DNA from: Macrostomum lignano
Lineage: Eukaryota
Reading direction: 5' to 3'
NCBI GenBank assembly: GCA_002269645.1
Contig: NIVC01003404.1
Location: 35,543 to 99,542 of the forward strand
Length of the DNA: 64,000 bases
In this document: positions 50,001-61,779 of the stretch, one piece after another
Layout of the letters: each line of letters starts with the position of its first letter
Numbering within the stretch: position 1 is the stretch's first letter
Program-made: the position numbers and the translations under genes
Notes under the pieces: model-generated
What the model was told of the DNA's origin: nothing
What the model saw: only the letters and a program-made list of their open reading frames with translations
The model's database searches: none

Positions 50001-52353
50001 CAGTTAAAGTTAACAAAAACATTGCGCAATCTAAATCAACCCTCCAATACAAAGCAACTGACCCCCTTCCTATACACAGCGCCAGTTGGAAGTCGAAACC
50101 CCCAACTTTATCTCTCACCTCTCGCCAAAATGAGTACAATCTTTGCAGAAAGTTTAAAGTATGGAAATAGTTTTTGCAATGCAGAGCTTTTAGTTTTCAT
50201 ATTTGAAGCAAACAATTTATATCCCTGAAATCAGCTTTGCAAGTTCTTTCCAGCAATATAAATTTTTTCTCTCAAAGTTAAAAACTCGAGCAACAGTTTG
50301 CGTTTGAAACTTTCTGATTTAAAGCATTGAAATATCGATTGTACGTTCACTGCCTGCTAAAGAGGCCCGCAAGTTTATGCATTGAATTTCAAGGTTCAAC
50401 AAAATCACAGGGCTGCCTATTGAAAATTAGAACACAAATCTTTGCGCAATTGTCTATACAGTCAGCCAGTGAGCCAGGGTCCGATTGTACACATGCAGCC
50501 ATTTAGAACGCCCCACCCCCCACTGGAGAGAAAATACACTGCAGAGATAGGGAAAAGTTGTGGCGCAATCACTTGAAATTCATGCAAATTTTCAGCTCCA
50601 AGCAGAAAGAGGGGACAATTAAGATTATCAAAGGTCAAGACCGCCGTTTTCTGCTTTTTTGAGGATCTTAGAAATTAAAATTTCAGAATTAAAATAGCCT
50701 ATAGCCGACCTCGGATAATTTCCAATCTTCCCATATAAGTTTCAACGCTGAGTTGCCACTATTCAAGGAGGAGTTGTCGAAATGACAGACAGACAGACAG
50801 ACAAACAACACGTCAACTTTAGTATATATAGACGAGTGGAACTCCTCCTTCGGAGGAGAAAGGGGAAGAACTCCCATCACCGGAATTCCATTCCCTGAAA
50901 TATCCATCAACTGACATTCCATGTCTTGAACCCTATCTTCCAAATCGTCTCCAAATTCTTTACAAAACCTTTCAAAGACCATAGCTCAAAGACTCTCATG
51001 TTTCTCATATCTCCTCTCTCCTCTCTTCACTGATATCGTGACTCTCTTCTCTCTCCTCTCTCTCATCTCATCTCTACCCCTACTCCCTTATTTGTCTCTT
51101 CTCCCTCGTCTTTCGTCTGTACCCTCTTCTGTCTCCTGTCTCCTGTCTCTTATCTCTCCCTCTTCTCTCCTCTCCCGTATGTCATCTCTAATCTCTCCTC
51201 TCTCATATCTACTCTCTTTTCTCTCCCATTGGAAGAACTCCTATCACCAGAATTCAATTCCCTGAACTTCATTAGCTGAATTCCATGACCCGAGTTCCAT
51301 CATCCAAGTCCTCTCCGAAGACAAAAGATCCTCTCCGTGAAACTGGACTCAATCGAAATTTACTTCGTCAGACAGAACTCAACTCTCAGGATTCAGTGGC
51401 TAGGGTTAGGGTTAGGGTTAGAGTTACACACAGCTGCGTGTTGAAAGGCACCAATAATAAAAAATTGAACTATTTAAAGCAACAGATTGAGCAATCGATT
51501 TCTCAGTCAGCCAGTATCAGTCTCAGTTCAAGTTAGCAAAATGATTGCGCAATTTAAATCAACCATCCAATACACAGCGACCGCCCCCCCCTTCCAATAC
51601 GCAGTGGCAAGTAGACGTTGAACCCCCCAACTTTATCTCTGACCTGTCGCAAAAATAAGTACAATCTTTGCAAAAGTATGGAAATCGTTTTTTGAATGCT
51701 GTATTTTTAGTTATTATCATATTTAAAGCAAACAACTTATATCCCCGAACTCAGCGCTGCAAGCTCTTTCCAGCAATAAAAGTCTCGTCTCTCAAAGTTC
51801 AAAAATCGAGCAACAGTTAGCGTTTGAAACTTTCTGATTTAAAGCATTGAAATATCGAGTGTACGTTCACTGCCTGCAGCAGAGGGAGGCTCGCAAGTTT
51901 ATTCATTGAATTTAACTGTCCAAAACTACACAGGGCAGCCTATTGAAAATCAGAACACAATTCGTTGCGCAATTGTCTATCTATACAATCAGCCAGTGAG
52001 CTAGGTTCCGATTGTACACACGCAGCCACTGAGAATGCGACCATCCCCCCACTGGAGAGAAAATACACTGTAGAGATAGGAGACAGTTGTGGCGCAATCA
52101 CTCAAAATTCATGCAAATTTTCAGCTCCAAGCAGAAAGAGGGGACAATTAAGATTATCAAAGGTCAAGACCACCGTTTTCTGCTTTTTTAGGGATCTTAA
52201 AATGTAAAAATGCAATATTAAAATAGCCTAAAGCCATCCTCAGTAAATTTGCAGTTTTCCAATATAAGTTTCAACGCTGAGTTGCAAGTATTCTAGGAGG
52301 AGTTATGCAACAGACAAACAAACACACAAACATCGCACCAACTTTAGTATATA
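41036..52353 (-). mobile_element. Head-to-tail array of five non-autonomous Helitron units (52353-50833, 50832-48058, 48057-44930, 44929-43573, 43572-41036)
   Basis: Each unit starts T(C)..ATACTAAA + (GTTT/GTCT)n on the minus strand. Four end with the hairpin CTCCTCC-GAA/ATC-GGAGGAG plus CTC(G); the last is cut inside the hairpin. Internal ~380-bp modules, gaaatcctctccgtgaaac repeats, CT-rich tracts and TTAGGG tracts. Confidence 0.75.
42561..51420 (+). repeat. Five interstitial telomeric tracts: (TTAGGG)4 at 42561, x5 at 43963, x5 at 46192, x4 at 49874, about x3 at 51400
   Basis: Direct reading; each follows the same homologous flank (caact..agattca). Confidence 0.95.
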
Positions 52354-52989
52354 CGAGGCCAACTCCTCCTTCGGAGGAGAAAGGGGAAGAACTCCCATCA
52401 CCGGAATTCAAATCCCTGAACTCCATCAGCTGAATCCCATGACCCAACTCAGTTTCAGTAAAAGTCTCACGAAGCGGTTGACATAATCAATTTCTTAGGC
52501 AGTCGGCATCAGTTTCAATTATGTGAACAAATGATTACTCAATCTAAATTAACCCTCCAATGCACACTCCCCGCCGATACTCAGCCTTCCCCCGGTTAAT
52601 ACACAGGGCTGCCTTTTGAAAGGCAACGATGATAAAACAAATTGAACAATAGATGGCGCAATCGTTATATCAGTCAGTCAGTATCAGTCTCACTTAACTT
52701 TAATATAAAGTTACGCAATGTAAATCAACCCTCCAATGCACATTGGCAGTTAGAAATTGAACACCTTAACTTTATATTTGACCTATCCCAAAAATGAGTA
52801 CAATCTGTGCTCTGATTAGAACTCCAACCCCTATAGAATCCTAGGTTTGAAGCTTAAGTTTGGCACATGTAGTAACTTAATGTTTTTTTAATTGCATGAA
52901 AAAACTGCACTTTCATAAGCGAGGCAAATATTGCAATGAAATTAAAGGCATAAAAATAAGCAAAGACATATTTACAGTATATTTTATTA

Positions 52990-53400
52990 GTCAACACAGT
53001 CCGAAAACAACTTGAAGAAATCGAAAAGCTGCAGAAAGCCACAGAGGGCACTTACAGTTTGAGCGCAATAATAACATCTGAATGATCAGGAGAAGCAATT
53101 ATACCCAACAACAGTCAAAAGATCCACCCGCCAAGCAAAGATATTTGTATTCAAATTTTACTGTGCATTTTAAATGAGAAGTTGTCTAACTACACCGGAT
53201 TTGTACTTGTGGAACTTTTGACTGTTGCCGAGTATAAAAGGGCACAACAGGAAGCAAAGATCAAGTCCATCTCGAAAGAAATTGTAACAGAGCAAAAAAG
53301 CAGCTGAAAGTACTTGAAGCTACTGGCAAACACGAATACGAACTGGGAGTGCAAGGAGAAGGAATGCGACTGCTTGGTTACCCGAGTGCAAGAGAAGACA
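52990..53400 (+). pseudogene. Degenerate inverted copy of the 53577-54020 gene
   Basis: gtcaacacagtccgaaaacaac..gctgcagaaagcc matches the 5' end of the gene; YKRAQQEAKIKS..EQ..ELECKEKECD aligns to HKSAQHEAKLKS..EQ..ELESKKKECD. Confidence 0.7.
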
Positions 53401-53576
53401 TTTTTATTTTTAATTTGTTAAATTATATTTTGCAAGTTTTAAAATTTTAAGTGTCTAAGATGTAGATTATTACTTGTTTTTTCTAGCTGATGGGTATCTA
53501 TAAGCAGTCAGAATTCCAGCAGAAAATATAAGTTAATTACAGATATTTAGTAAATAGAATACTTAGTCTGTTAAAC

Positions 53577-54020
53577 TTAGTCTGTTTCGCTCGCCTTCGC
53601 CGAGTCCGCTCCGGGCTGCGGCTCCACAGCCGGTCCGTCCGGGTGCTGAGCAGAGCCGTCGTCCCGACTGCAGAGTCGCTTCGCAGGTGGCTGGCCCGAA
53701 GCGGTGTCTTCGACGCAGGCGAGCAAAGCAGCGTCCTCGTCTTGCAGGAAGGCAGCCAAGCGGTCGCACTCCTTCTTCTTGCTCTCCAGTTCGGCTTCGG
53801 TGTCTGCCAGTCGCTTCTTGTAGTGCTCCAGCTGCTGTCGTTGCTCCATTACAACTTCTTCGAGGGAGGACTTGAGCTTTGCTTCATGTTGTGCTGATTT
53901 GTGCTCCTCCTGAAGCATTTCAGATGTTTTTCTCACGAACAAACTGAAGTGCTGCTCCATGGCTTTCTGCAGCCTTTCGAATTTCTCCAGGTTGTTGTCG
54001 GACTGTGTTGACTTGGACAT
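53577..54020 (-). CDS. Unknown 147-aa coiled-coil protein carried inside the Helitron
   Basis: GC-rich intronless ORF in AT-rich flanks; charged heptad-like helix; PPAKR NLS-like motif; TATAAATA at 54098-54091 upstream. Confidence 0.6.
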   Translation of the reverse strand: MSKSTQSDNNLEKFERLQKAMEQHFSLFVRKTSEMLQEEHKSAQHEAKLKSSLEEVVMEQRQQLEHYKKRLADTEAELESKKKECDRLAAFLQDEDAALLACVEDTASGQPPAKRLCSRDDGSAQHPDGPAVEPQPGADSAKASETD

Positions 54021-55429
54021 TTTTGACTTATATGCAATACAGTAGACTGTCGATTGATAACTGATAATTGGGGCTGAGTTTGCGATCTTGTATTTATAGG
54101 CGCGGTTTGGGGTGAGAACTGGTGTTTTTTGGTTTGGTGAGGTGTCTGCCAGATGGATTTATTCCAGTTCTCAAAAGACTTAGCACCTGCATTGGTGAGT
54201 GAATAAATTGTATATAAGCTGGTGTAGAGAGTCTCACAATTTAATTAGATTCATATGAACTGAAACCTTTCAATTTGACTTTAAATGTTGCGCAACACAG
54301 TTGATTTTGATCGCTCTAAAGTTACAGATTTCACATTAATGGTAAGCTTACTGAAAATGTTTTTGATTGGCTAAACTTTTAAGCGAGCTTTAAGTCTAGA
54401 GTACAATGTCTGGGGTTGACGGTTCTGGGTTTGGCAGTCTCAATAGTGTTAAATTCAAGTGCTCACTGCCAACTCAAGGAATATGATTCAGCGTTAGGGT
54501 GCGATTGCAGCTTAAATGATCTGCTATGGCATTCTCTGTTTAGAGCTTAGAGTTCGTCGTCAGTCTAAAGTTGTGATAATCTAAAGTCTGTGATAGATGG
54601 TGCGCAAATCATTAATTAAATGAATTCATTCTATAACAGCTGGTTGGCTACTCATTCTCTGCCGCTGCACTATAAGGCAGTTTAAATGTGCAAAACTGAT
54701 TGGCTGCCCGTCAGCTATAGCAGTCACGCAGGCACTGTACATCTTAGTGAAAATGGTGGAAGAAGTACCAAAACTACTTTGTATAGCTGCACTGAGTTAT
54801 AACTTCTTGACTTCTTCAAGTACTGATGTTGCTGCGTTCCTTTCACAGCTAGCTGAATACTCGTACTCGAATTCCTTCGCCTCTGTTGAATATAAAAAAC
54901 TAATTCAAAGACATCATTGGGGGGTACGCAGGAAACGATCGAATAAATGGGATAGTCTCTTTGGCTAAGTACTTGTTAAGTTTAAATTTGTGAATTTTAT
55001 GCCTTTCTATTACTTATTGCTTGTTACTAATAGCCTATGATTGACAGCCTTGTTTGTATTCAGAATCCTGCGCACCCCGAGTACGGTATGGCATATATTT
55101 TTTAATAAGCAAATGCATTTGTATTATAATAGGGGTGCAAGTAAAGGTGAAGAGAAAGTGGAAAGCAGTGGAAGAAACCGGATAACTGAACTGACAATAT
55201 TAAATAAATAAATAAATATTAACAAATGTAACAAAATATAGAGCTTAACATAAATAATTACGAACGGCAACTTTGTACATTAAAAAGATTCAGAAAAAAT
55301 AAGTATGGCAATTGAATCTAAATTGATAGGAGCCTGAGCATTCTTAAAAGCTCCCCCCCGTGTATGAAATTCATTTAGCAACTCTGTCAAGAAACAATTT
55401 TGCCACCACCTAATCGTTTTTGTTAAAAA

Positions 55430-55815
55430 TTTATCACTTATAATTTGCGACACTCTCAATTTGGCACTCTCATAATTTATGACTCATATTTTATCCGACT
55501 CATAATTCGTCACACTCAATTTGACAGCCTGAATTTGCACCCTCTTAAGTATTATCGCACTGAAATTTGTCACTCATAATTTTTCACTCCCACTCATGAT
55601 TAATGACTCCTTCGCATAATTTTTCACCAACTCGCTATCATAATTTGTCACTCTCTCTTAACATTTTTCATTCACTCACTCACTAATAATTTGTTACTCG
55701 GTCTCATAATTTGTCACTTACTCACTCTCAAAATTTGTCAATTCTCTCATAATTTGTCACTCACTCTCATAATTTGTCACTCACTCTCATAATTTGTCAC
55801 TCACTCTTCTAATAT
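55430..55815. repeat. Degenerate ~20-bp minisatellite (ataatttgtcactcactctc)
   Basis: Near-perfect units at about 55750-55810, decaying leftwards. Confidence 0.8.
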
Positions 55816-55875
55816 GTCACTCAAACCTATAAATTCTTTCATCCTGCCTATGATTCAGTTCAGTTCAGATAATAG

Positions 55876-58800
55876 TTAGTTCTGCTTGCCGATAAGCTGA
55901 CGCAACACGATGTTTCTCGTACGTCCGCCTGGAGCCCGAACTTTAACGCCATCGGCACTCCGCGCACGACTCAGAGCCACGTAGAGCTGGCCATGCTGAA
56001 AGCAAGCTGTCGTCAGGTCGACAGCGTAGGTGCCCAGCGACTGGCCCTGGCTCTTGTGGATGGTCATGGCGAAGCACGGCCGGATCGGGAACTGCAGACG
56101 GCGGAAAACGAACGGAACCTCTGTCGGACTCGGCTCCTGCGGGATCCGCGGGATGAACACCTGCCGCGAACGGTAGACGCCAGTGGTTACCTCCGCTAGC
56201 AGGACGTTGTCACGCAGTTCGCGCAACAGCAGCCGAGTCCCATTGCACAGCAGCGGTGGGTCCAGATTCCTCATCATGACGACCGGCATGCCGACCTTCA
56301 GCTCCAGTCGGTGATGCGACATACCGCTGGGGTCCAGCCGGTTCAGCAGCTCCGGTGGAAAATTGGTCGCTGCCGTGTCGTCATTCGGAATCGAGTCGAC
56401 AGATAAGTAGAGTCGGCTCTCACCGGGGAAGAGCGCTAAGCAGGCGGCGTTGGCCTCGTCCACCGTCCTGTTGAGTGGCGCCAGGATGCTCCGCTCCGCG
56501 AACATCTGGTCACGCTGCGCACTCGGCTCAAAAGACGGGTAAACATGCCGAATGAGCTGCTCAGTGGTTGTGTCCTCGGGCAGAAGGATCTCGCTAGGCA
56601 AGGAGACCATGCCCTCAACGTCCTCTGGCAGCTCCCCGTTGCCAACCTGACGGTGAAAAAGTCGAATGAAATTTTACAATTTTGTCCTTCAATTCGCATG
56701 CTTAATGAGAGCATAGAAACTCCAGAGATTCTCACCTGCATAAGAAAATCCGCGTAGCTTTGGAGAGCCGAGCCGCCCTCCAGCCGCAGATTCCTTGTGA
56801 GCTGGTGCTGCCGGAAGTGCGGCCACAGCACCGACCGATTCAGGCAGGCTTCGATCGTGTTGGCCTGGGTCCCTCCGGGCACAACAGCAAGCAACTGGCG
56901 AAAGTCGCCAGCCAGCACCAGCAGCGCTCCCCCGAACGGCTGCCCACCGTGCAGCAAATCCCGCAGAGTACGCTCGACGATCTCGAGGTCTTTGCGGTGC
57001 GTCATCGGAGCCTCGTCCCACACGATGAGGCGGGCGTTCCGCAGAATCTCCGCCAATTTGCTCCGCCTGCCGATGGAGCAGAAGGCGCTGTCCTGCCGTA
57101 CAGCGCAGACGGGGATCTTGAACCTGCAGGCAGGTAACGCGAGGATTGTCAATTGAGAGGATAAATTAGGCATGCTTTTCTGTGCTTAAAAAAATAACAG
57201 TTTATAAAATGATTTATGCAGACACAAAACTCACATCGAGTGGGCGGTCCGACCTCCGGGTAGAATAGTCGCCGCGATGCCCGATGACGCGACGGCAACA
57301 GCAATTTGACGCCTTGCTCGAACCGACTTCAGCAGAAGCGTGAGCAGGAACGTCTTGCCTGTGCCTCCAGGAGCGTCAATGAAATGCAGCCCGCCGCCAC
57401 CGGCCGTCAGATTGGACTGCACGGCCTCGAAGACAGCTCGCTGCTCGTCAGTCAGGGTAGCGACCACCGCGTCCACTTCAGACTGCAGCTCAGCAGCTTC
57501 TTGCGGCGTCGGCAGGCAGTCAGAAAGAAGCCGAGTCTGGATATTTAAATAAAGCTGTATCAGTAATATATTAAAAGTTAAAAATATCAACAGTCAGTGC
57601 ATAGCAGTGAGTTCATTTACTTGATCCGCTTCTGCCGGTGGTTCAGGAAGGCCGTAGGCAGACAGCTCGGATCCGCCCATCCGCTCCAGCCGCTTCTGCA
57701 GCGACCGCAGCACTTCGGCCCTTGCAGCCTCGGCGCTCAAGCCCTGATGCAGCAGGTCGCCAGCCATCTCGCGGGAAAAATCCTCCCAGAGCTTCGCGGG
57801 GTCGCTGGGATCGCCGTGCGCCAAAATTGCGGCAAAAAGTCGGCGCAGAGCAGCAGGCATCCGCGTCTGGGCAGCTTCGGACAGGCACAGCTGCCAGTGC
57901 CTGTCGTCTTCCAGAAGTCCGCGAGCCTGGCAGGCGGCCTTGAAGGTCGGCAGCAGGACTCCGTCAACTGTGCGCAGAGCCTCGAACGAAGTCGGGCCGC
58001 GCACATTCACCAGCAGCAGGCGCAGGTAGAAACAGTCGCCCATCCGTGGACTGACTGTGTAGATGCGGCCGATGTTGCTGGTCGTCAGAACATCGGCTGG
58101 CTGATCAGCAGCGACTCGGCCGCGACCTGCGCGATGCCACTGGTGCGCCCTGGGGTCCCAGGTGAAGTGCCGGGGCACCTCCTGGTACAGCAGACCTCGG
58201 GCGATTTCGTCATGGCGACAGAGCTGGGCGGGTAGGAACAGGAAACTGGGCGGGTAGAAACAGGAAGGAGGAATAAATTGAACAAATTGCACTTCGCCTG
58301 CAAAACTCACATCGAAGAAGGCGGTCAAAGTCGTGGCCTTGGGCGTAGCAGCAACAGCCTGAGCCGTCTCGTCAGTGAAAAAGACCCGCTGCTCGTCCTT
58401 AAGATGAACCGCGAGCCTGATCACAGGGGGGTATCGGCTGTGCACCTCGAAGCCCAGGATCGTATTGACCGCCTCCATTGGACCGATAAACCTGCCCAGT
58501 AGGTATTCGTCGATCTCGTCGATCTTGCGTCGCTTTGCGGAAGTCGCAGCAGCAGCAGCAGCAGTCCCAGTCGACGTGGACGGACCGGCGATCGCCAGTG
58601 GTCCTTCAGTGGCCGAATCAGCGCTGGCATTCGCAGCAGCCGCCGACTCCTTGCGGATCTGGTATGCTGCCATGTCGCTACCCTTGGTGATGTACTTCAC
58701 CACGTACTTGATGGCCCGAACTGTCGCGCAGATCTCGACATTCAGGTGACAGCGAAACTCGCGCAGCAGCGCTGGGCAGTACGGCACCACCCAGCGGTTG

Positions 58801-61621
58801 TCAAAGGTGAACATCACCCTCTGACCGCCGCGCAGCTTTGCGAGCTTCGTCACCGTGAAGCCGCCCATCTCGACGGATCTGCGGCAGTAATGCGGGTAGC
58901 CATCCTCCTCCACCTTCGTGGCGGCCAGGAACTCCCTCGGGTAGCGCTTGCTGCACCTGCCTTTCTCCATGCACGCCGCGGCAGAGTTGAGCTGCTGCCC
59001 ACAGGGACCATGCAGCATGTTCTCCGCCACCAGCTGATGCAGGTCGGCGTCGGCGACAGGGTCCGGGATCTCCGCGCTGATGACGGCGTCGTACTGATCC
59101 GGCTTCAGCTTGTTCGCCAGCCACAGCAGCGCGTGCACGTGGGGAAGACCTGGATGTGGATAAAATTTAATTTTATTAAAATTTACGAAATTATGGAGGC
59201 GACAGTTAATGCAACACTTAAATGTTAAAATTTTCAAAAGTTCACACAAATTTCACACTTGCCTCGCTTCTGGTACTCCAGCGAGCAGACTCGAGCCAGA
59301 GTATCTCCAAACAGACTCTTCAGCCTGTTTAGGAAGGCCTTCTTTTTCAGCTCGAACACCCGGGCGGTAATGTCCGGCCGATCGACGGCAGTCTGCCCTG
59401 GAAGCAGCTCGGCCAGAATTTCCGGCCACTTCGGGTTGCATGTCATCGTCAGAAACAGGTCTGGGCGGCCAAAGGCGTGAACATACGCCATGGCATCCTG
59501 CTGACGCTCCAGACGGTACCGTGGACCTCCCACGTAGCTGGAAGTAAGAATGACACGCTTCCCGACTTCCTCCGGCCTGCCGTCGTCCTCGTGCAGCGCG
59601 TCTCGGAGACCCGAAGACTTTCCGACACCAGATCCGTTTGGTGCTGCCGGATGTACGTAAGTCGCTCGGACTCGATCTTGGCAGCCTGGTCCACCAGGTA
59701 CTGCTGGAAGAGCCGGCGACCGTACAGCAGGCTGTTAAACTGGCCTGGTCGCACCTGGATCAAGTAGGCGTAGTATTTCATCATGGTGATGCCTCGATCC
59801 TTCTTGAGCCCAATGTGCCAGCCGTCCTCGCCGTACGGAAGCAGCAGCACATACTCCAACGGATCGTAGGAGCGATGGGTCTCAGAGATCTCCTGGAGGC
59901 CTGTGGATACAGTTGGGTGTTTTAATGTACACCTGAAAAGCCTGAATAGTGTTTTATTATCTAACTTTACAGTGCAACCCAAATTTTAAGTCTTATAACG
60001 CGCTTAAAGTACTTACCACCACCTCTCAGACGCAAAACCACGCTCCGCCATTGCGCCTGAACTACGCCATCAGTATCGCCAAGGTCCGTCAGGATGCCGA
60101 CCTCACTGCACTCGGGCAAGTTGAAGCGTCGGACATGCTCCCCAGATGGGCGGGCATCGGGGTTGATCACGACCCTGGCGCTCTGCAGCTGCGGGTCGCT
60201 GCGCAGCAAGTCGACTGCGGACTTCAGGCTGCGCACGTAGCTGTTGCAGTCATGCAGAACAGCTTGCAGCTCCCGCGCAAAGTGTCGTTCAGACCAGCCG
60301 TCCATTGCAGTCTGTTCTGCAGCTCTTGGTCCACAAAGAAGACCTGGCAGAACCTGGCCGCATCCCCCAGGTCCGGCAACAGGCTGCCGATCCGATGGTG
60401 CATCTGACCATGGAGGATGAAGCTGGGGTTCCACCCGGGCTGCTCACGCTGCCTGGAACCAAGCGAGGTCATGTGGAGCGCGCCGTTGTACTTCCTGATG
60501 TCCTTCAGGAACTGTGAGCTGAACGGATGCTCGCCAGTCAGCAGCCGCTTCAGAACATCAGGCGGGTCTCGGCGCTGCTCCAGGACGGTCTGTCAGTGGA
60601 ATGAAAAAAAAACTGAAGTAGCTTTTATGCGGAGACGGGCTACAGCAAATCATGCAACTGTCGATGACTCCATAGGTGGTCAGAGGCTTGATACAGTACA
60701 GAGGCATAAATGAGGCAGCAATTCAAGTAAACTAAAACAATAAATATCAACTCACCTTTCCAGCATGGCAGCAAATGCTAGCTGGCTCGTCCTTCCAGCG
60801 TAGCCCGCTGCAGTGCGGACATTGGTGGTCCATGCGACCGAGCACATGTGGCTGGTGTGCCAGCTCCAGCAGTCTGTGGCAAAAAAGAAAGAGCATGAAA
60901 GACATGACTTGAAAATCCAGTTCTACATGCTGAAAGTTTAAAAAAACTCTTGAAGAATGAGCAGCCACACATAAGAATAGCAGAATGAAATATCAGAACC
61001 CTACCTGTCTCGGCGCCACTCTGCCTGTGCGTGTACACGACGGTCGTGGTCGTCAGCGGACTCAGCATCGCGATGCTGACTCTGGCGCTGCCGCTGCGCC
61101 TCCAGGCGAAGCTGATGGAGCGCCTCGTCCTCAGCTACACGGCTTTCGGCTGTGCGCTGCCGCTGCACCTCCAGCCGATGCTGACGGACCGCCTGGTCTT
61201 CGGCTTCACGGCAATCGGCTGTGCGCTGCCGCTGCGCCTCCAGCCGATGCTGACGGACCGCCTGGTCTTCGGCTTCACGGCAATCGGCTGTGCGCTGCCG
61301 CTGCGCCTCCAGCCGATGCTGACGGACCGCCTGGTCTTCGGCTTCACGGCATTCGGCAGCACGCAACCGGTCGTGGTCCAGACGATGCTGGCCTTCCACC
61401 TCGCCTTCAGACTTACGACTTTCGGCTGTGTGAAGACGACTGGCCTCAAGACGATTTTGGTGCTGCATTTCGCTCTCAGCCTCGCGGCTCTCGGCCCTAT
61501 GCTGCCGTTCCCGCTCAACGCGCGCTGCACGCTCATCGGGTGCCTCAGACGCCCTACGCTTCTTGGCATCTGATGCAGCGCGTGTAGACCGGGACAGGCT
61601 TCCTTTACCACGTTTCGGCAT
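55876..61621 (-). CDS. Helitron Rep/Helicase (HUH-Y2 relaxase + PIF1-family SF1 helicase), about nine exons, at least two apparent frameshifts (near 60283 and 59625)
   Basis: Start MPKRGKG at 61621; 23-aa repeats; zinc finger CPHC..CC; DLFLTMTCNPKW, EYQKRG|LPHVH, KYVVKYITKG; FIDAPGGTGKT, WDEAPM, GDFRQ, FAMTIHKSQGQ, HGQLYVALSR. Confidence 0.93.
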
Positions 61622-61779
61622 TTTATTAAATAAGAAAATGGCGAGTAGCAAAAAATAAGTAAAATTAGGCAAACGGTATATGGAAAGAATTCGGAGAGTT
61701 CTATTATGATATAGAAGGAAATGAAACTGAATTGAAAATTCGCATCATTAAGTAAGGGCCCAGTGTACACAATCTTTTA

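Noticed and set aside
42561-51420. TTAGGG tracts as a true chromosome end
   Set aside because: Only 3-5 units each, embedded internally with homologous flanks on both sides
54747-54968. 73-aa ORF as a second passenger gene
   Set aside because: Short, AT-rich, with no recognisable motif or supporting homolog in the window
55876-61621. Helentron-type endonuclease or other extra catalytic domain in Rep/Hel
   Set aside because: The reading ends shortly after helicase motif VI and no endonuclease motifs were seen
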